Origin: an uncultured Candidatus Rokubacteria bacterium
GTDB taxonomy: Bacteria; Methylomirabilota; Methylomirabilia; Rokubacteriales; DASRDR01
Length of the DNA stretch: 64,000 bases
Direction of reading: 5' to 3'
NCBI GenBank assembly: GCA_963826115.1
Contig: CAWGVS010000006.1
Span: 32,001 to 96,000 of the forward strand
Made by a program: the position numbers and the translations under genes. How positions within the stretch are numbered: position 1 is the first letter of the stretch; each line of letters starts with the position of its first letter. Shown here piece by piece: positions 55,696-64,000 of this stretch. Under the pieces are notes generated by a model, which was not told the origin of the DNA, did not search any database, and was given only the letters and a program-made list of their open reading frames with translations.

Positions 55696-57685
55696 CAATG
55701 CCTCCAGAGACTGGCACCCGCACGTAGATCGTAGTGCCCTCGCCAGGAGTCGATTCGATCGTGACCGTTCCGTCGAGGAGCGCCGCGCGCTCCCGCATGC
55801 CGTGGAGTCCGAGCTGCGCCCGCGCGGCGGGCGTGCGCAGGGTGGCCTCGACGTCGAACCCGCAGCCGTCGTCGGACACGATGGCCTGGACCAGCTCCCG
55901 GCGCCGCTGGAGCACGACGTTCGCGGTCCGCGCGCCCGAGTGCTTCGCCGCGTTCGTCAGGGCTTCCTGGATGATGCGGTAGAGGGCGGCCTCGACGGTG
56001 GGCGGCACCCGCCCCGCCCCGAAGCCCACGGCGCTCACCTCGACGGCGATGCTCCGCATCTGTGCGTGGTCGAGCGCCAGCTGCTCGATGGCCGGCACCA
56101 GCCCGAGCTCGTCGAGCACGCCGGGCCGGAGCCCGCGGGCCAGCCGGCGGACCTCGTCGAGGGTCCGCGCGGTCACCCGCCGGAGGTCGGCGGCCTGGTC
56201 GTGCACCGCCTCGAGGGTCGGCGCCTCGGTGAGGGTGCGGAGACCGACCAGGAGCGAGGTGAGCGACTGCCCGGTCTCGTCATGGAGCTCGCGCGCCAGG
56301 CGCCGTTGCTCCTCCTCCTGAGCCGCCGTCACCTGCTCGAGGAGCCGCGCCCGCACCTCGGCGTGCCGGCGGCGCTCCGTCACATCGTGGGTCACGACGG
56401 AGTACCCCACGAAGCGCCCCTCGTTGCGGACCGCGGTGATCAGCCCCTCGGCCCAGAACCGGCTGCCGTCCTTGCGGATGCGCCAGCCCTCCTCGACCGC
56501 CCGCCCCTCCGACGCCGCGCGCTCGAGGGCGCGCGCCGGGCCGCCCTGCCGCGCCTCCTCCGGGAGGTAGAACGTCCCGACCGGCTGGCCGACGATCTCC
56601 TCCGCGGTGTAGCCCTGCAGGCGCTCGGCGCCGGCGTTCCAGCTCTCCACCCGTCCCGCGCGGTCCAGCATGTAGAAGGCGTAGTCGCGCACGCCGTCGA
56701 CCAGGAGTCGGAAGCGCCCCTCGGCGGTCTCCGCGTCGTGGCGCGCGCGCTGCTCGGCCTCGAAGAGCCGAGCCCGGCCGATGGCGGTGGCGATCCGGTC
56801 CGCGACGAGCTCGAGGAGCCGGGTGTCGTCCGGGGTGAAGCGCCGCGGCGACAGGCTGCCGACGTGGACGACGCCGATGCCGCGGCCGTCGAGGACGAGC
56901 GGGGTACCGAGGAGCGTGTGGAGGCCCTTGCCCCGGAGGATCGGGCTCACGACCTCCGCCTTGTTCACGTCCTCGATGACCATCGTGACGGCGCGGGCGG
57001 CGATGGTGCCGGCGATCCCGCGCCCGAACGGGATCCGCATGTCGAGCTTCACCTCTTCCTCGAGCCCGTGCGCCGCCTTCACCGCCAGCTCCGTCCCCTC
57101 GTCGTTGAGGAGGAGGATGACCACCGTGTCGGCGACCATCGCGTCGCGGACTCGCCCTAGGAGCTCGGGCAGGAGGTCGTCCAGGCGCAGGTGCGTGAGC
57201 GCGGTGTCCGTCACCCGCTGCACGGCCCGGATCTGGTGCGCCGCCGCCTCGAGCGCGAGCCGCGCGCCCTGCTCGCTGGCGGCGAGGGCCTGGGCGCGCG
57301 ACTCCGTACGGCGGAGCACGCCGCACACCGCGCAGATGACCAGCGCCTCGACCACGAAAACCCCGAGCCGCGTCACGACCGCGGTGTTGATCGAGCCGAT
57401 GTCGGCGCCCGAGCCGATCAGCGCCCGCACCCCGACGAGCGCGCCCACCGCGGTGGTGAGGAGGCCAGGTCCGAGCCCCCCGTACCACGCGCTCAGCATC
57501 ACCGCTCCGAGGTAGAGGGGGAAGTCCCCGCGATCCACGTACGGCTCGAGCGGATACGACAGGAGCCAGGCGGACGCCGAGGCCACCGCGGCCAGGAGGT
57601 ACTCCCGGACGGGCTGGCCGGCCGCGCGGGTGGGCGCGGCGGCGGGGGCGGCGCCTTCTAGCGGGGTACGTAGAGGTCCGGCCAC
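55664..57685 (-). CDS. Sensor histidine kinase (DUF4118-GAF-PAS-HisKA_3-HATPase)
   Basis: WYGGLGPG TM domain, GAF, PAS (WNAGAE), ARELHDE, QEALTN..KH, DDG.GF and GL.GMRER motifs. Start uncertain. Confidence 0.9.
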   Translation of the reverse strand: MAGPLRTPLEGAAPAAAPTRAAGQPVREYLLAAVASASAWLLSYPLEPYVDRGDFPLYLGAVMLSAWYGGLGPGLLTTAVGALVGVRALIGSGADIGSINTAVVTRLGVFVVEALVICAVCGVLRRTESRAQALAASEQGARLALEAAAHQIRAVQRVTDTALTHLRLDDLLPELLGRVRDAMVADTVVILLLNDEGTELAVKAAHGLEEEVKLDMRIPFGRGIAGTIAARAVTMVIEDVNKAEVVSPILRGKGLHTLLGTPLVLDGRGIGVVHVGSLSPRRFTPDDTRLLELVADRIATAIGRARLFEAEQRARHDAETAEGRFRLLVDGVRDYAFYMLDRAGRVESWNAGAERLQGYTAEEIVGQPVGTFYLPEEARQGGPARALERAASEGRAVEEGWRIRKDGSRFWAEGLITAVRNEGRFVGYSVVTHDVTERRRHAEVRARLLEQVTAAQEEEQRRLARELHDETGQSLTSLLVGLRTLTEAPTLEAVHDQAADLRRVTARTLDEVRRLARGLRPGVLDELGLVPAIEQLALDHAQMRSIAVEVSAVGFGAGRVPPTVEAALYRIIQEALTNAAKHSGARTANVVLQRRRELVQAIVSDDGCGFDVEATLRTPAARAQLGLHGMRERAALLDGTVTIESTPGEGTTIYVRVPVSGGIDGKDPDPHRG

Positions 57686-58740
57686 TGGTCGTTCCCGGGG
57701 TGATGGGTGAGCCGCACCGCCTCGCTCACCGGTCGCCCGATCGGCCACACGAAGATCTCGTAGTCGGCGCGGTCGTGCTCGTGTCCGCTCGCCGCCGCGC
57801 CCCAGGCGAGCCAGCGCCCGTCGTTGGAAACGCGCGGGAAGTACTCGTGGCTGTAGGTGCCGGGCAGGTCCATGAACGTGGTCCGCTCCCGGCCCGGTCC
57901 GCCGCTCACGATCCGGGTGCCGCCGTTCCCCTCGGCCTCCATCCACAGGAGCGCGTCCGACCCCGGCATCCAGGTGATCTGGCACGCCTGGCCCGGCGAC
58001 AGCCGGGTGACCGCCCGCGTGGCGAGGTCCACGACGGCCACGCCGCCGTACTGGCGGCTCCGCACGGTGACGGCGAGCCGCGTCCCGTCGGGGGAGAGCT
58101 CCGGCGTCTCCATCCCGCCCGCGATGCCCGCGGTCGTCGGTCCGTCGAGCAGGACGGATTCCCGTCCGGGACCGTCGCCGTCGAGCGTGAGCCGGATCAC
58201 CTGATCGCCCCGGAGGAAGATGATCGCGTCCCCCGTGGGAGCCCACTGCGGCGAGTACCCGTTCCGGGCGAGTAGCCGCTCGCCCGACCCGTCCACGCGC
58301 ATGACGTAGACGTCCCAAGCGGTGGGGTCACGGGGACTCACGTAGTCCCGCTGGCTCCGGGCGAAGAGGATCCGCCGCCCGTCCGGCGAGAACCGCGAGA
58401 AGAACTCGACCTGGGGGGTGTGCGTGAGCTGTCGCACGGTCCGCGTCCGGAGGTCGAGGAGGTACAGCTCGTGGTTGCCGGTGCGGTTGGACGACCACAC
58501 CAGGAGCCCGCCGAGCCGGTGGGAGAGCGTCTCGACCGCGGCCTGCTCGGGTGGGGTCAGCCCCGCCAGCCGGACCCGGCGCGGCACGCGGGGCGGGAAC
58601 ACGGTCGCCAGCAGCCGTTCCGGCAGGTTGGCGACCGTCGCCAGCGAGTGCGGCAAGTGGGGGCTGATCTGCGGCAGGGCGAAGAACAGGCCGACGAGCG
58701 CGGCGAGGCCGAGGCCAGCGAGGATCAGCCCACGGCGCAT
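57658..58740 (-). CDS. Membrane-anchored TolB/PD40-like beta-propeller
   Basis: N-terminal TM; SNRTGN.ELY, FSPDG, SPDG and SNDG repeats. Confidence 0.85.
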   Translation of the reverse strand: MRRGLILAGLGLAALVGLFFALPQISPHLPHSLATVANLPERLLATVFPPRVPRRVRLAGLTPPEQAAVETLSHRLGGLLVWSSNRTGNHELYLLDLRTRTVRQLTHTPQVEFFSRFSPDGRRILFARSQRDYVSPRDPTAWDVYVMRVDGSGERLLARNGYSPQWAPTGDAIIFLRGDQVIRLTLDGDGPGRESVLLDGPTTAGIAGGMETPELSPDGTRLAVTVRSRQYGGVAVVDLATRAVTRLSPGQACQITWMPGSDALLWMEAEGNGGTRIVSGGPGRERTTFMDLPGTYSHEYFPRVSNDGRWLAWGAAASGHEHDRADYEIFVWPIGRPVSEAVRLTHHPGNDQWPDLYVPR

Positions 58741-58826
58741 CCTCACGCCAGTATCGCACGAGCGCATCGGGGGATCGGCGGGCGGCCAGGTGACGGCGCG
58801 CGCCGGGGTCGGGGGCGACAGCGCGG

Positions 58827-59327
58827 TCAGATCGCGGGCCGTCGATAGTACCGGCCCAGCTTGCCTTCATCGGCGACCGCGACGGGCTGCCAGTCCACCC
58901 ACCGGGCGAGGTACTCCTCCACCGAGCCCGCGGCGGCCCAGCATCGATACTCGGCGTCCGCGATGACGGACTCGGCCAGGCACGCGTACTCCACGTAGCC
59001 GTCCGAGCGGGTGAGGTCGAGCTCCGCGAAATCCTCAGGCCGGAACGCTCGGACGTGCAGCACCGTCTCGCTCTCCGGTCCGAACCGGAACGCTTTCGCG
59101 ATGTGGGGGAACGCGCAGACGAAGCCGACGCCCTCGACGCCGGCCCGTTTCAGCCCCGCCAGGACCGCGTCCCGGTCGAGGCCCGTCCGGTCCCACTCGT
59201 ACCGCTCGGGCCGGGCCCGGCCGACGATGTCGATGTAGTAGACCTTGAACGCGTGCGGGCCGTGCTCGTAGACCGCGCGGCCGGCGGGGCGGGCGGCGTA
59301 GCTCTGGCACGCGTCGATCGGGTGCAC
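58827..59327 (-). CDS. Hypothetical protein
   Basis: Globular-looking sequence starting 3 bp after the metB stop, with host-like codon use. Confidence 0.7.
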   Translation of the reverse strand: MHPIDACQSYAARPAGRAVYEHGPHAFKVYYIDIVGRARPERYEWDRTGLDRDAVLAGLKRAGVEGVGFVCAFPHIAKAFRFGPESETVLHVRAFRPEDFAELDLTRSDGYVEYACLAESVIADAEYRCWAAAGSVEEYLARWVDWQPVAVADEGKLGRYYRRPAI

Positions 59328-59330
59328 GGC

Positions 59331-60584
59331 CTACACCCGGCCCAGGGCCTGGTCGAGGTCCGCGACGAGGTCGTCGCCGTCCTCGATCCCGACCGCGTAG
59401 CGCACCAGCGAGTCTCGGATCCCGATCCGGAGCCGCTCCTCGGTGGTGAGCTCGTAAAAGCTCATGAGGGCGGGCTGCTCGATCAGGCTCTCCACGCCGC
59501 CGAGCGACGGCGCGATCCGCGGGATGCGGCAGGCGTCCACCAGGCGAGACGCGGCGGCGAGGTCGCCCCGCACCTCGAACGAGACGACGCCGCCGAATCC
59601 CTTCATCTGGCGCCGCGCGAGGTCGTGCTCGGGGTGGCTCTTGAGCCCCGGGTAGTGCACACGCTCGACCTTCGGGTGCGCCTCGAGGAACTCGGCCACG
59701 CGCTGGGCGTTCTCGTTCTGGCGCGCCACCCGGAGCGCCAGGGTCTTGATGCCCCGGATGAGGAGGTAGGCGCCGAGCGGATCGGGCACCGCCCCGACCA
59801 CCGAGTGGAGGTCGCGGATCGCGCTCACCAGGCTCCGGCTGCCCAGCACGACGCCCGCCATCAGGTCGTTGTGCCCGCCGAGGTACTTGGTGGCGGAGTG
59901 GATGACCAGGTCGACGCCGAACTCGAGGGGCCGCTGGTTGATCGGCGTCGCGAAGGTGGAGTCGATGACCGTCTTCACGCGGTGGCGGCGGCCGATCTCG
60001 GTCAGGCGCTCGAGGTCGACGACCCGGTTGTAGGGGTTCGTCGGGGACTCGCTGAAGATCACGCGCGTCGCGCCCCGGATCGCCTCCTCCATGCGCTCGT
60101 AGTCGCCCGCGGGCACCGTGGTGACCTCGACCCCGTACCGGCGCAGGACCTGGTTGAGGAACTGGCGGGTGCGCCGGTAGGCATCGTCCGTCACGACCAC
60201 GTGGGCCCCCTTGGCGAGCATCGCGAAGAGGGTCGTGGTGATCGCCGCCATGCCGCTCGAGAAGAGGAGGCCCTCCTGGGCCCCCTCGAGGGCCGCCAGC
60301 TTTCGTTCCGCCACGCGCTGGGTCGGGTTGCCGTAGCGGCCGTACTCGTCGCGCTCGACGCGCCCCTCGAAGTGGTCCGCGATCTCCTGGCTGTCGCGGA
60401 ACGCATAGGTCGCCGTCTGGACGATGGGCGCCGTGAGCGCGCTGGCCAGCTTCTGGCGCGGCTCTCCGCCGTGGACGGCCTGGGTGCTGGGGCCCGGCTC
60501 GCGGGACGGCTCGCCGGCGGCCCGGGGCGGGGTCGCGGGGGCGGGCGGCGGGGCGGGGGTCCGGTGCTGTCGCGAGTTGGGCAA
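59331..60584 (-). CDS. metB: Cystathionine gamma-synthase family PLP enzyme
   Basis: YGRYGNPT, SGMAA, ESPTNP, HSATKYLGGH and SLGGVESL motifs; directly downstream of thrC. Confidence 0.85.
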   Translation of the reverse strand: MPNSRQHRTPAPPPAPATPPRAAGEPSREPGPSTQAVHGGEPRQKLASALTAPIVQTATYAFRDSQEIADHFEGRVERDEYGRYGNPTQRVAERKLAALEGAQEGLLFSSGMAAITTTLFAMLAKGAHVVVTDDAYRRTRQFLNQVLRRYGVEVTTVPAGDYERMEEAIRGATRVIFSESPTNPYNRVVDLERLTEIGRRHRVKTVIDSTFATPINQRPLEFGVDLVIHSATKYLGGHNDLMAGVVLGSRSLVSAIRDLHSVVGAVPDPLGAYLLIRGIKTLALRVARQNENAQRVAEFLEAHPKVERVHYPGLKSHPEHDLARRQMKGFGGVVSFEVRGDLAAASRLVDACRIPRIAPSLGGVESLIEQPALMSFYELTTEERLRIGIRDSLVRYAVGIEDGDDLVADLDQALGRV

Positions 60585-60585
60585 A

Positions 60586-61935
60586 TCAGGCCTCCATGAG
60601 CCGCATCTTGTCCGCGTGCCGGCGGATCGCGTCGTGCACGAGCCGGGGATCGGGCCCGATCTCCAGCGGCCGATTCGCGTACGTGGACGACAGGCCCGGG
60701 ATCAGTCCCATGTGGTACGCGGTCTTCTGCTCGGCGAACTTGAGCCCGTGCGCCGTGGAGATCACCACCACGCGCTCGTTGGAGCGTATGATCTTGCGCT
60801 CGACGAGCTTCCGGAGGACCGCCAGGGCGACGCCGGTGTGCGGGCAGTTGAACATCCCGGTGCGATCGGCGCGCGCCGCCTCGTCGGCGAGCTCGGACTC
60901 GGTGGCCTGCTCGACGACGCCGTTGAACTGCCGGAGGGCCTTGACGGCGCGCTTGTAGCTGACGGGGTTGCCGATCTGGATGGCGCTCGCGAGCGTCTTC
61001 TCCGCCTGCACCGGGTGGTAGGTCTCGAAGCCCCGGAGGTAGGCGAGGTAGAGGGGATTCGCGTTCTCGGCCTGCGCCACCGCGATGCGGGGGAGCTTCT
61101 GGATGAGCCCGAGCTCCTTCATCATGAGGAAACCCTTGCCGAGCGCGCTCGTGTTTCCGAGGTTCCCGCCCGGGATGACGACCCAGTCGGGGACCTCCCA
61201 GTCGAACTGCTGCACGAGCTCGATGGACACGGTCTTCTGCCCCTCGAGGCGGAGGCTGTTCATGGAGTTGGCGAGGTAGATCGTCCGCTCCTCGGTGATC
61301 TCCTGGACCAGCGCCATGCACCCGTCGAAATCGGTGTCCAGCGCGAGCACGAGCGCCCCGTTCGCCAGCGGCTGCACGAGCTGCGCGGGCGAGACCCTGT
61401 TGCGCGGGAGCAGGACCACGGCCGGAATCCCGGCGGCCGCGCAGTAGTTGGCGAGCGCGGCCGACGTGTCCCCGGTGGACGCGCAGGCGATGGCGGTGAT
61501 CGAGGCCCCCTCCTTCATCATCTGCTTGACCACCGACACGAGCACGGTCATCCCGAGGTCCTTGAAGGACCCGGTGTGGGAGTTGCCGCACTGCTTGACC
61601 CAGAGGTCGTCGACCCCGAGCATCTTCCCGTAGCGGTCTGCCCACAGGAGGTTCGTGCCACCCTCGTAGGTCGACACGATGCTCTCGTTGTCGATGAACG
61701 GGACGACCCACTCCTTCTTGCCCCACACCCCGGACCCGTAGGGGAACACGTTCCGGCGGTACCGGTCGTCGAAGAGCTGCATCCACGCGGCGGCCGACCG
61801 GCGGCGGAGGGGCTCCAGGTCGTGGACCACGTCGAGGAGGTCGTTGCACGTGGGGCAGCGATAGATGATCTCGAGGAGGCTGTAGCGGCCGGGGCAGCCG
61901 TTGACGCACTCGAACCAGGCGCTGTACTCGCTCAT
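60586..61935 (-). CDS. thrC: Threonine synthase
   Basis: [40 protein letters not shown] and TAHGLKF motifs. Confidence 0.95.
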   Translation of the reverse strand: MSEYSAWFECVNGCPGRYSLLEIIYRCPTCNDLLDVVHDLEPLRRRSAAAWMQLFDDRYRRNVFPYGSGVWGKKEWVVPFIDNESIVSTYEGGTNLLWADRYGKMLGVDDLWVKQCGNSHTGSFKDLGMTVLVSVVKQMMKEGASITAIACASTGDTSAALANYCAAAGIPAVVLLPRNRVSPAQLVQPLANGALVLALDTDFDGCMALVQEITEERTIYLANSMNSLRLEGQKTVSIELVQQFDWEVPDWVVIPGGNLGNTSALGKGFLMMKELGLIQKLPRIAVAQAENANPLYLAYLRGFETYHPVQAEKTLASAIQIGNPVSYKRAVKALRQFNGVVEQATESELADEAARADRTGMFNCPHTGVALAVLRKLVERKIIRSNERVVVISTAHGLKFAEQKTAYHMGLIPGLSSTYANRPLEIGPDPRLVHDAIRRHADKMRLMEA

Positions 61936-62164
61936 GACACACACCCTCTCGAAGGTCGCAAAGCGCCCTATCGTCCCATGGGGGGGCAGGGTGGCTCAAC
62001 TGGAGCCGTGGCCCCCCGGGGTCCGCTCCGGCCGGTCCGTCACGGGGGCGGCGAGCGTTGCTCCTCGCCTAGGCCAGAGGGTACACTCCGTTACGAGGCG
62101 CTGGTGCCCGGGCGAGGCCCGAATAGGGCGAGGTTTCCCCGGGTCTAACCAGCGCGAGACGACG

Positions 62165-62722
62165 ATGAGCCTCTCTTGCTGGCTGACCCGACGCCGACTG
62201 GACGCCTACCAGGACGGGGAGCTGTCCCCCCGCCTCGGCCGCCGGGTCGAGGGTCATCTCGGGCGGTGCGAGGTCTGCGGCCGCGAGGGGGCGGCCCTCG
62301 CCCGACTCCGGACGGCGCTGGCGGCGTCCGCCGCGGCGGACCCGTCCGAGGGGGTCTGGACGGCGTTCTGGCCGCAGGTGCGGGCCCGGATCGCCACACC
62401 GGCTCCGGCGCCAGCCTGGGAGCGGGCGTGGGGGAGCGTGCGAACCCGGCCCCGGCTTGCGCTGGCGCCGGCCCTGGCCGCTGGCACCCTCGCCGTCCTG
62501 GCGGTGGTGGCGCCGTGGCAGCGGGCCCCCCAGCACGTCCCCGGGTCGGGCCCGGTCCCGGGCGGCGTCGAGGTGGCGGGCCTCCAGCCGGCCATCCTGG
62601 ACGAGGTCGTCATCCAGTCGATCGAGACCGACGACCCCGATGTCCCGGTCATGGTCTACGCGAGCCCGGAGTCGGACGTCACCGTGCTCTGGGTGTTCGG
62701 CCTGCCGAAGACCGATACCTAG
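62165..62722 (+). CDS. Zinc-finger (zf-HC2) anti-sigma factor
   Basis: C...L.AY.DGEL...V..HL..C..C followed by a TM segment. Confidence 0.85.
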   Translation: MSLSCWLTRRRLDAYQDGELSPRLGRRVEGHLGRCEVCGREGAALARLRTALAASAAADPSEGVWTAFWPQVRARIATPAPAPAWERAWGSVRTRPRLALAPALAAGTLAVLAVVAPWQRAPQHVPGSGPVPGGVEVAGLQPAILDEVVIQSIETDDPDVPVMVYASPESDVTVLWVFGLPKTDT

Positions 62723-62759
62723 CCGCGCCCGGAGGGCTGCCCGCCGGGGCGGGACCCGC

Positions 62760-63614
62760 TCAGCGCTTCCGGATCCTCGCCAGCTCTTCCTTCGCCTGGA
62801 CGGCCTCTTCCGTCGTCGGGAACTGATCCAGCACGAACTGTAGCCGGGCCTCCGCCAGCTGGAGCTGGCCGAGCTCGGCGAGGGCCAGCGCCTCCTTGAA
62901 GAGCGCGGCCGGTACGCGGTCGCCCCGCGGATACTGGATCACCACCCGACGGAACTCCTGGACGGCCTTCTCGAGCTCCTGGACCGCCCGGTCCGGCTCG
63001 TTCCGCGCCTGGTGCCCGCGCGCCAGGCTGAAGTGGGCCTCGCCGATCCAGTACTGGGCCTTCTCGGCGAGCGGCGTGTTGGGGTACTGGCGGACGTACT
63101 CCCGGAAGGCGGCGATCGCGAGATTGTAGTGTCCGCGCGTGAAGTCGATGTACGCGGTCTGGTAGAGATCGCTCGCCTGGGTGCCGGGCGGCGCCGGTCG
63201 CTGGGCCTGCGCCGAGGGGCCTGGCGGCGCGGACGGCGCGGGCGTGCTGCCCCCTGACGGCGGCCCCGCGGCATCCATCTGGAGCGCCAGCGTGTCGATG
63301 CGCCGGCGCAGCTCGTCCAGGCGACCCTGGAGCTGCCCCGTCTCGCGCCCGAGTTCGTCGAGGCGCGTGCCGAGCCGCGCCATGCCCCGCTGGACCTCGG
63401 TCAGGGTCTGGGTGGTCCGGCGGTCGGTGGCCTGGATCTCGGCGAGGAGGGCGGACCGGCTCCCCTGGACCTCCTGCTCGACCCGGGAGAGATCCGCGCG
63501 GAGCCGGTCAAAATCCTCGTGGAGGAGGGGGGAGGCTTCCGGGGCGCACCCTGCGAACAGAGTGAGCACCCCGGCGACGGCAGTCAGCCAGCCCCCCGGC
63601 CTCCACGACGTCAC
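62760..63614 (-). CDS. cpoB: Tol-Pal protein CpoB/YbgF
   Basis: Lipobox FAGC, coiled coil, TPRs (LY..AY..F..G.Y, AQYWIGE); follows pal. Confidence 0.9.
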   Translation of the reverse strand: MTSWRPGGWLTAVAGVLTLFAGCAPEASPLLHEDFDRLRADLSRVEQEVQGSRSALLAEIQATDRRTTQTLTEVQRGMARLGTRLDELGRETGQLQGRLDELRRRIDTLALQMDAAGPPSGGSTPAPSAPPGPSAQAQRPAPPGTQASDLYQTAYIDFTRGHYNLAIAAFREYVRQYPNTPLAEKAQYWIGEAHFSLARGHQARNEPDRAVQELEKAVQEFRRVVIQYPRGDRVPAALFKEALALAELGQLQLAEARLQFVLDQFPTTEEAVQAKEELARIRKR

Positions 63615-63622
63615 TCAGTGCG

Positions 63623-64000
63623 CTACTGCTTGACCAGGAAGTGGGCCCGGCGATTCTTGGCCCAGCACGGCTCGGCCTTCTCCGTGCAAGTCGGGCGCTC
63701 CTCGCCGTAGCTGATGACGGTGATCCGGCCCGCGTCGATGCCGACGGACACGAGATAGTCGCGGGTCGCCTTCGCCCGGCGCTCGCCGAGCGCGAGGTTG
63801 TACTCGTTCGTGCCGCGCTCGTCGGCGTGCCCCTCGATCAGGAGCAGGGCGCTCGTGTTGCTCTTGAGCCACTTGGCGTTCTCGTCGAGCGTGCCCTTGT
63901 CGCCAGCGCGGACGTCGTACCGGTCAAAGTCGAAGAACACGTCGCGGAGCGCGGCGCTCTCGACGAACTCCTTCGGCGACGGGAGCGACGGGATCGTCGT
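63623..64000 (-). CDS. pal: Peptidoglycan-associated lipoprotein (5' end outside the window)
   Basis: FFDFD, IEGHADERGTNEYNLALGERRA, SYGEE and NRR motifs. Confidence 0.95.
   Translation of the reverse strand, partial: TTIPSLPSPKEFVESAALRDVFFDFDRYDVRAGDKGTLDENAKWLKSNTSALLLIEGHADERGTNEYNLALGERRAKATRDYLVSVGIDAGRITVISYGEERPTCTEKAEPCWAKNRRAHFLVKQ

Noticed and set aside
57686-58318. N-terminal extension of the histidine kinase
   Set aside because: It overlaps the TolB-like gene in another frame and has shadow-ORF composition.

Overview
GC-rich bacterial DNA. The gene style suggests Candidatus Rokubacteria/Methylomirabilota, but that is inference only. From left to right the window holds: a glycosyltransferase/methyltransferase block (1-5075); an accessory region (5.1-17.2 kb); a GT4; a GMC oxidoreductase pair; an arsenic cluster (aquaporin, ArsC-ArsN1 fusion, MFS, arsR-FMO-MFS resembling arsRVK); a tandem two-domain EctC-like gene; a lipid-linked glycosylation module with one frameshifted GT-C; a Liv-type ABC system flanked by flavin oxidases; a catabolic operon (Tat family-5 SBP ABC transporter, Xsc-like ThDP enzyme, dehydrogenases); a NarL-type two-component pair; metB/thrC; an anti-sigma factor; and cpoB/pal. 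The most striking feature is in the accessory region. Four same-orientation copies of the 3' half of a tRNA-Thr(CGT) gene lie there, each starting at the anticodon loop (5272, 6607, 15726, 17174). In three copies a tandem pair of 11-bp TTGGTCACCAA-like motifs begins exactly 139 bp upstream, and a second motif lies about 45 bp downstream in copies 2 and 3. Core-less arm remnants and a short tyrosine-integrase C-terminal remnant are also present. These att-like junctions delimit small integrase-free cargo units, resembling a tRNA-att-based gene-cassette array. No intact tRNA and no intact integrase is in the window.
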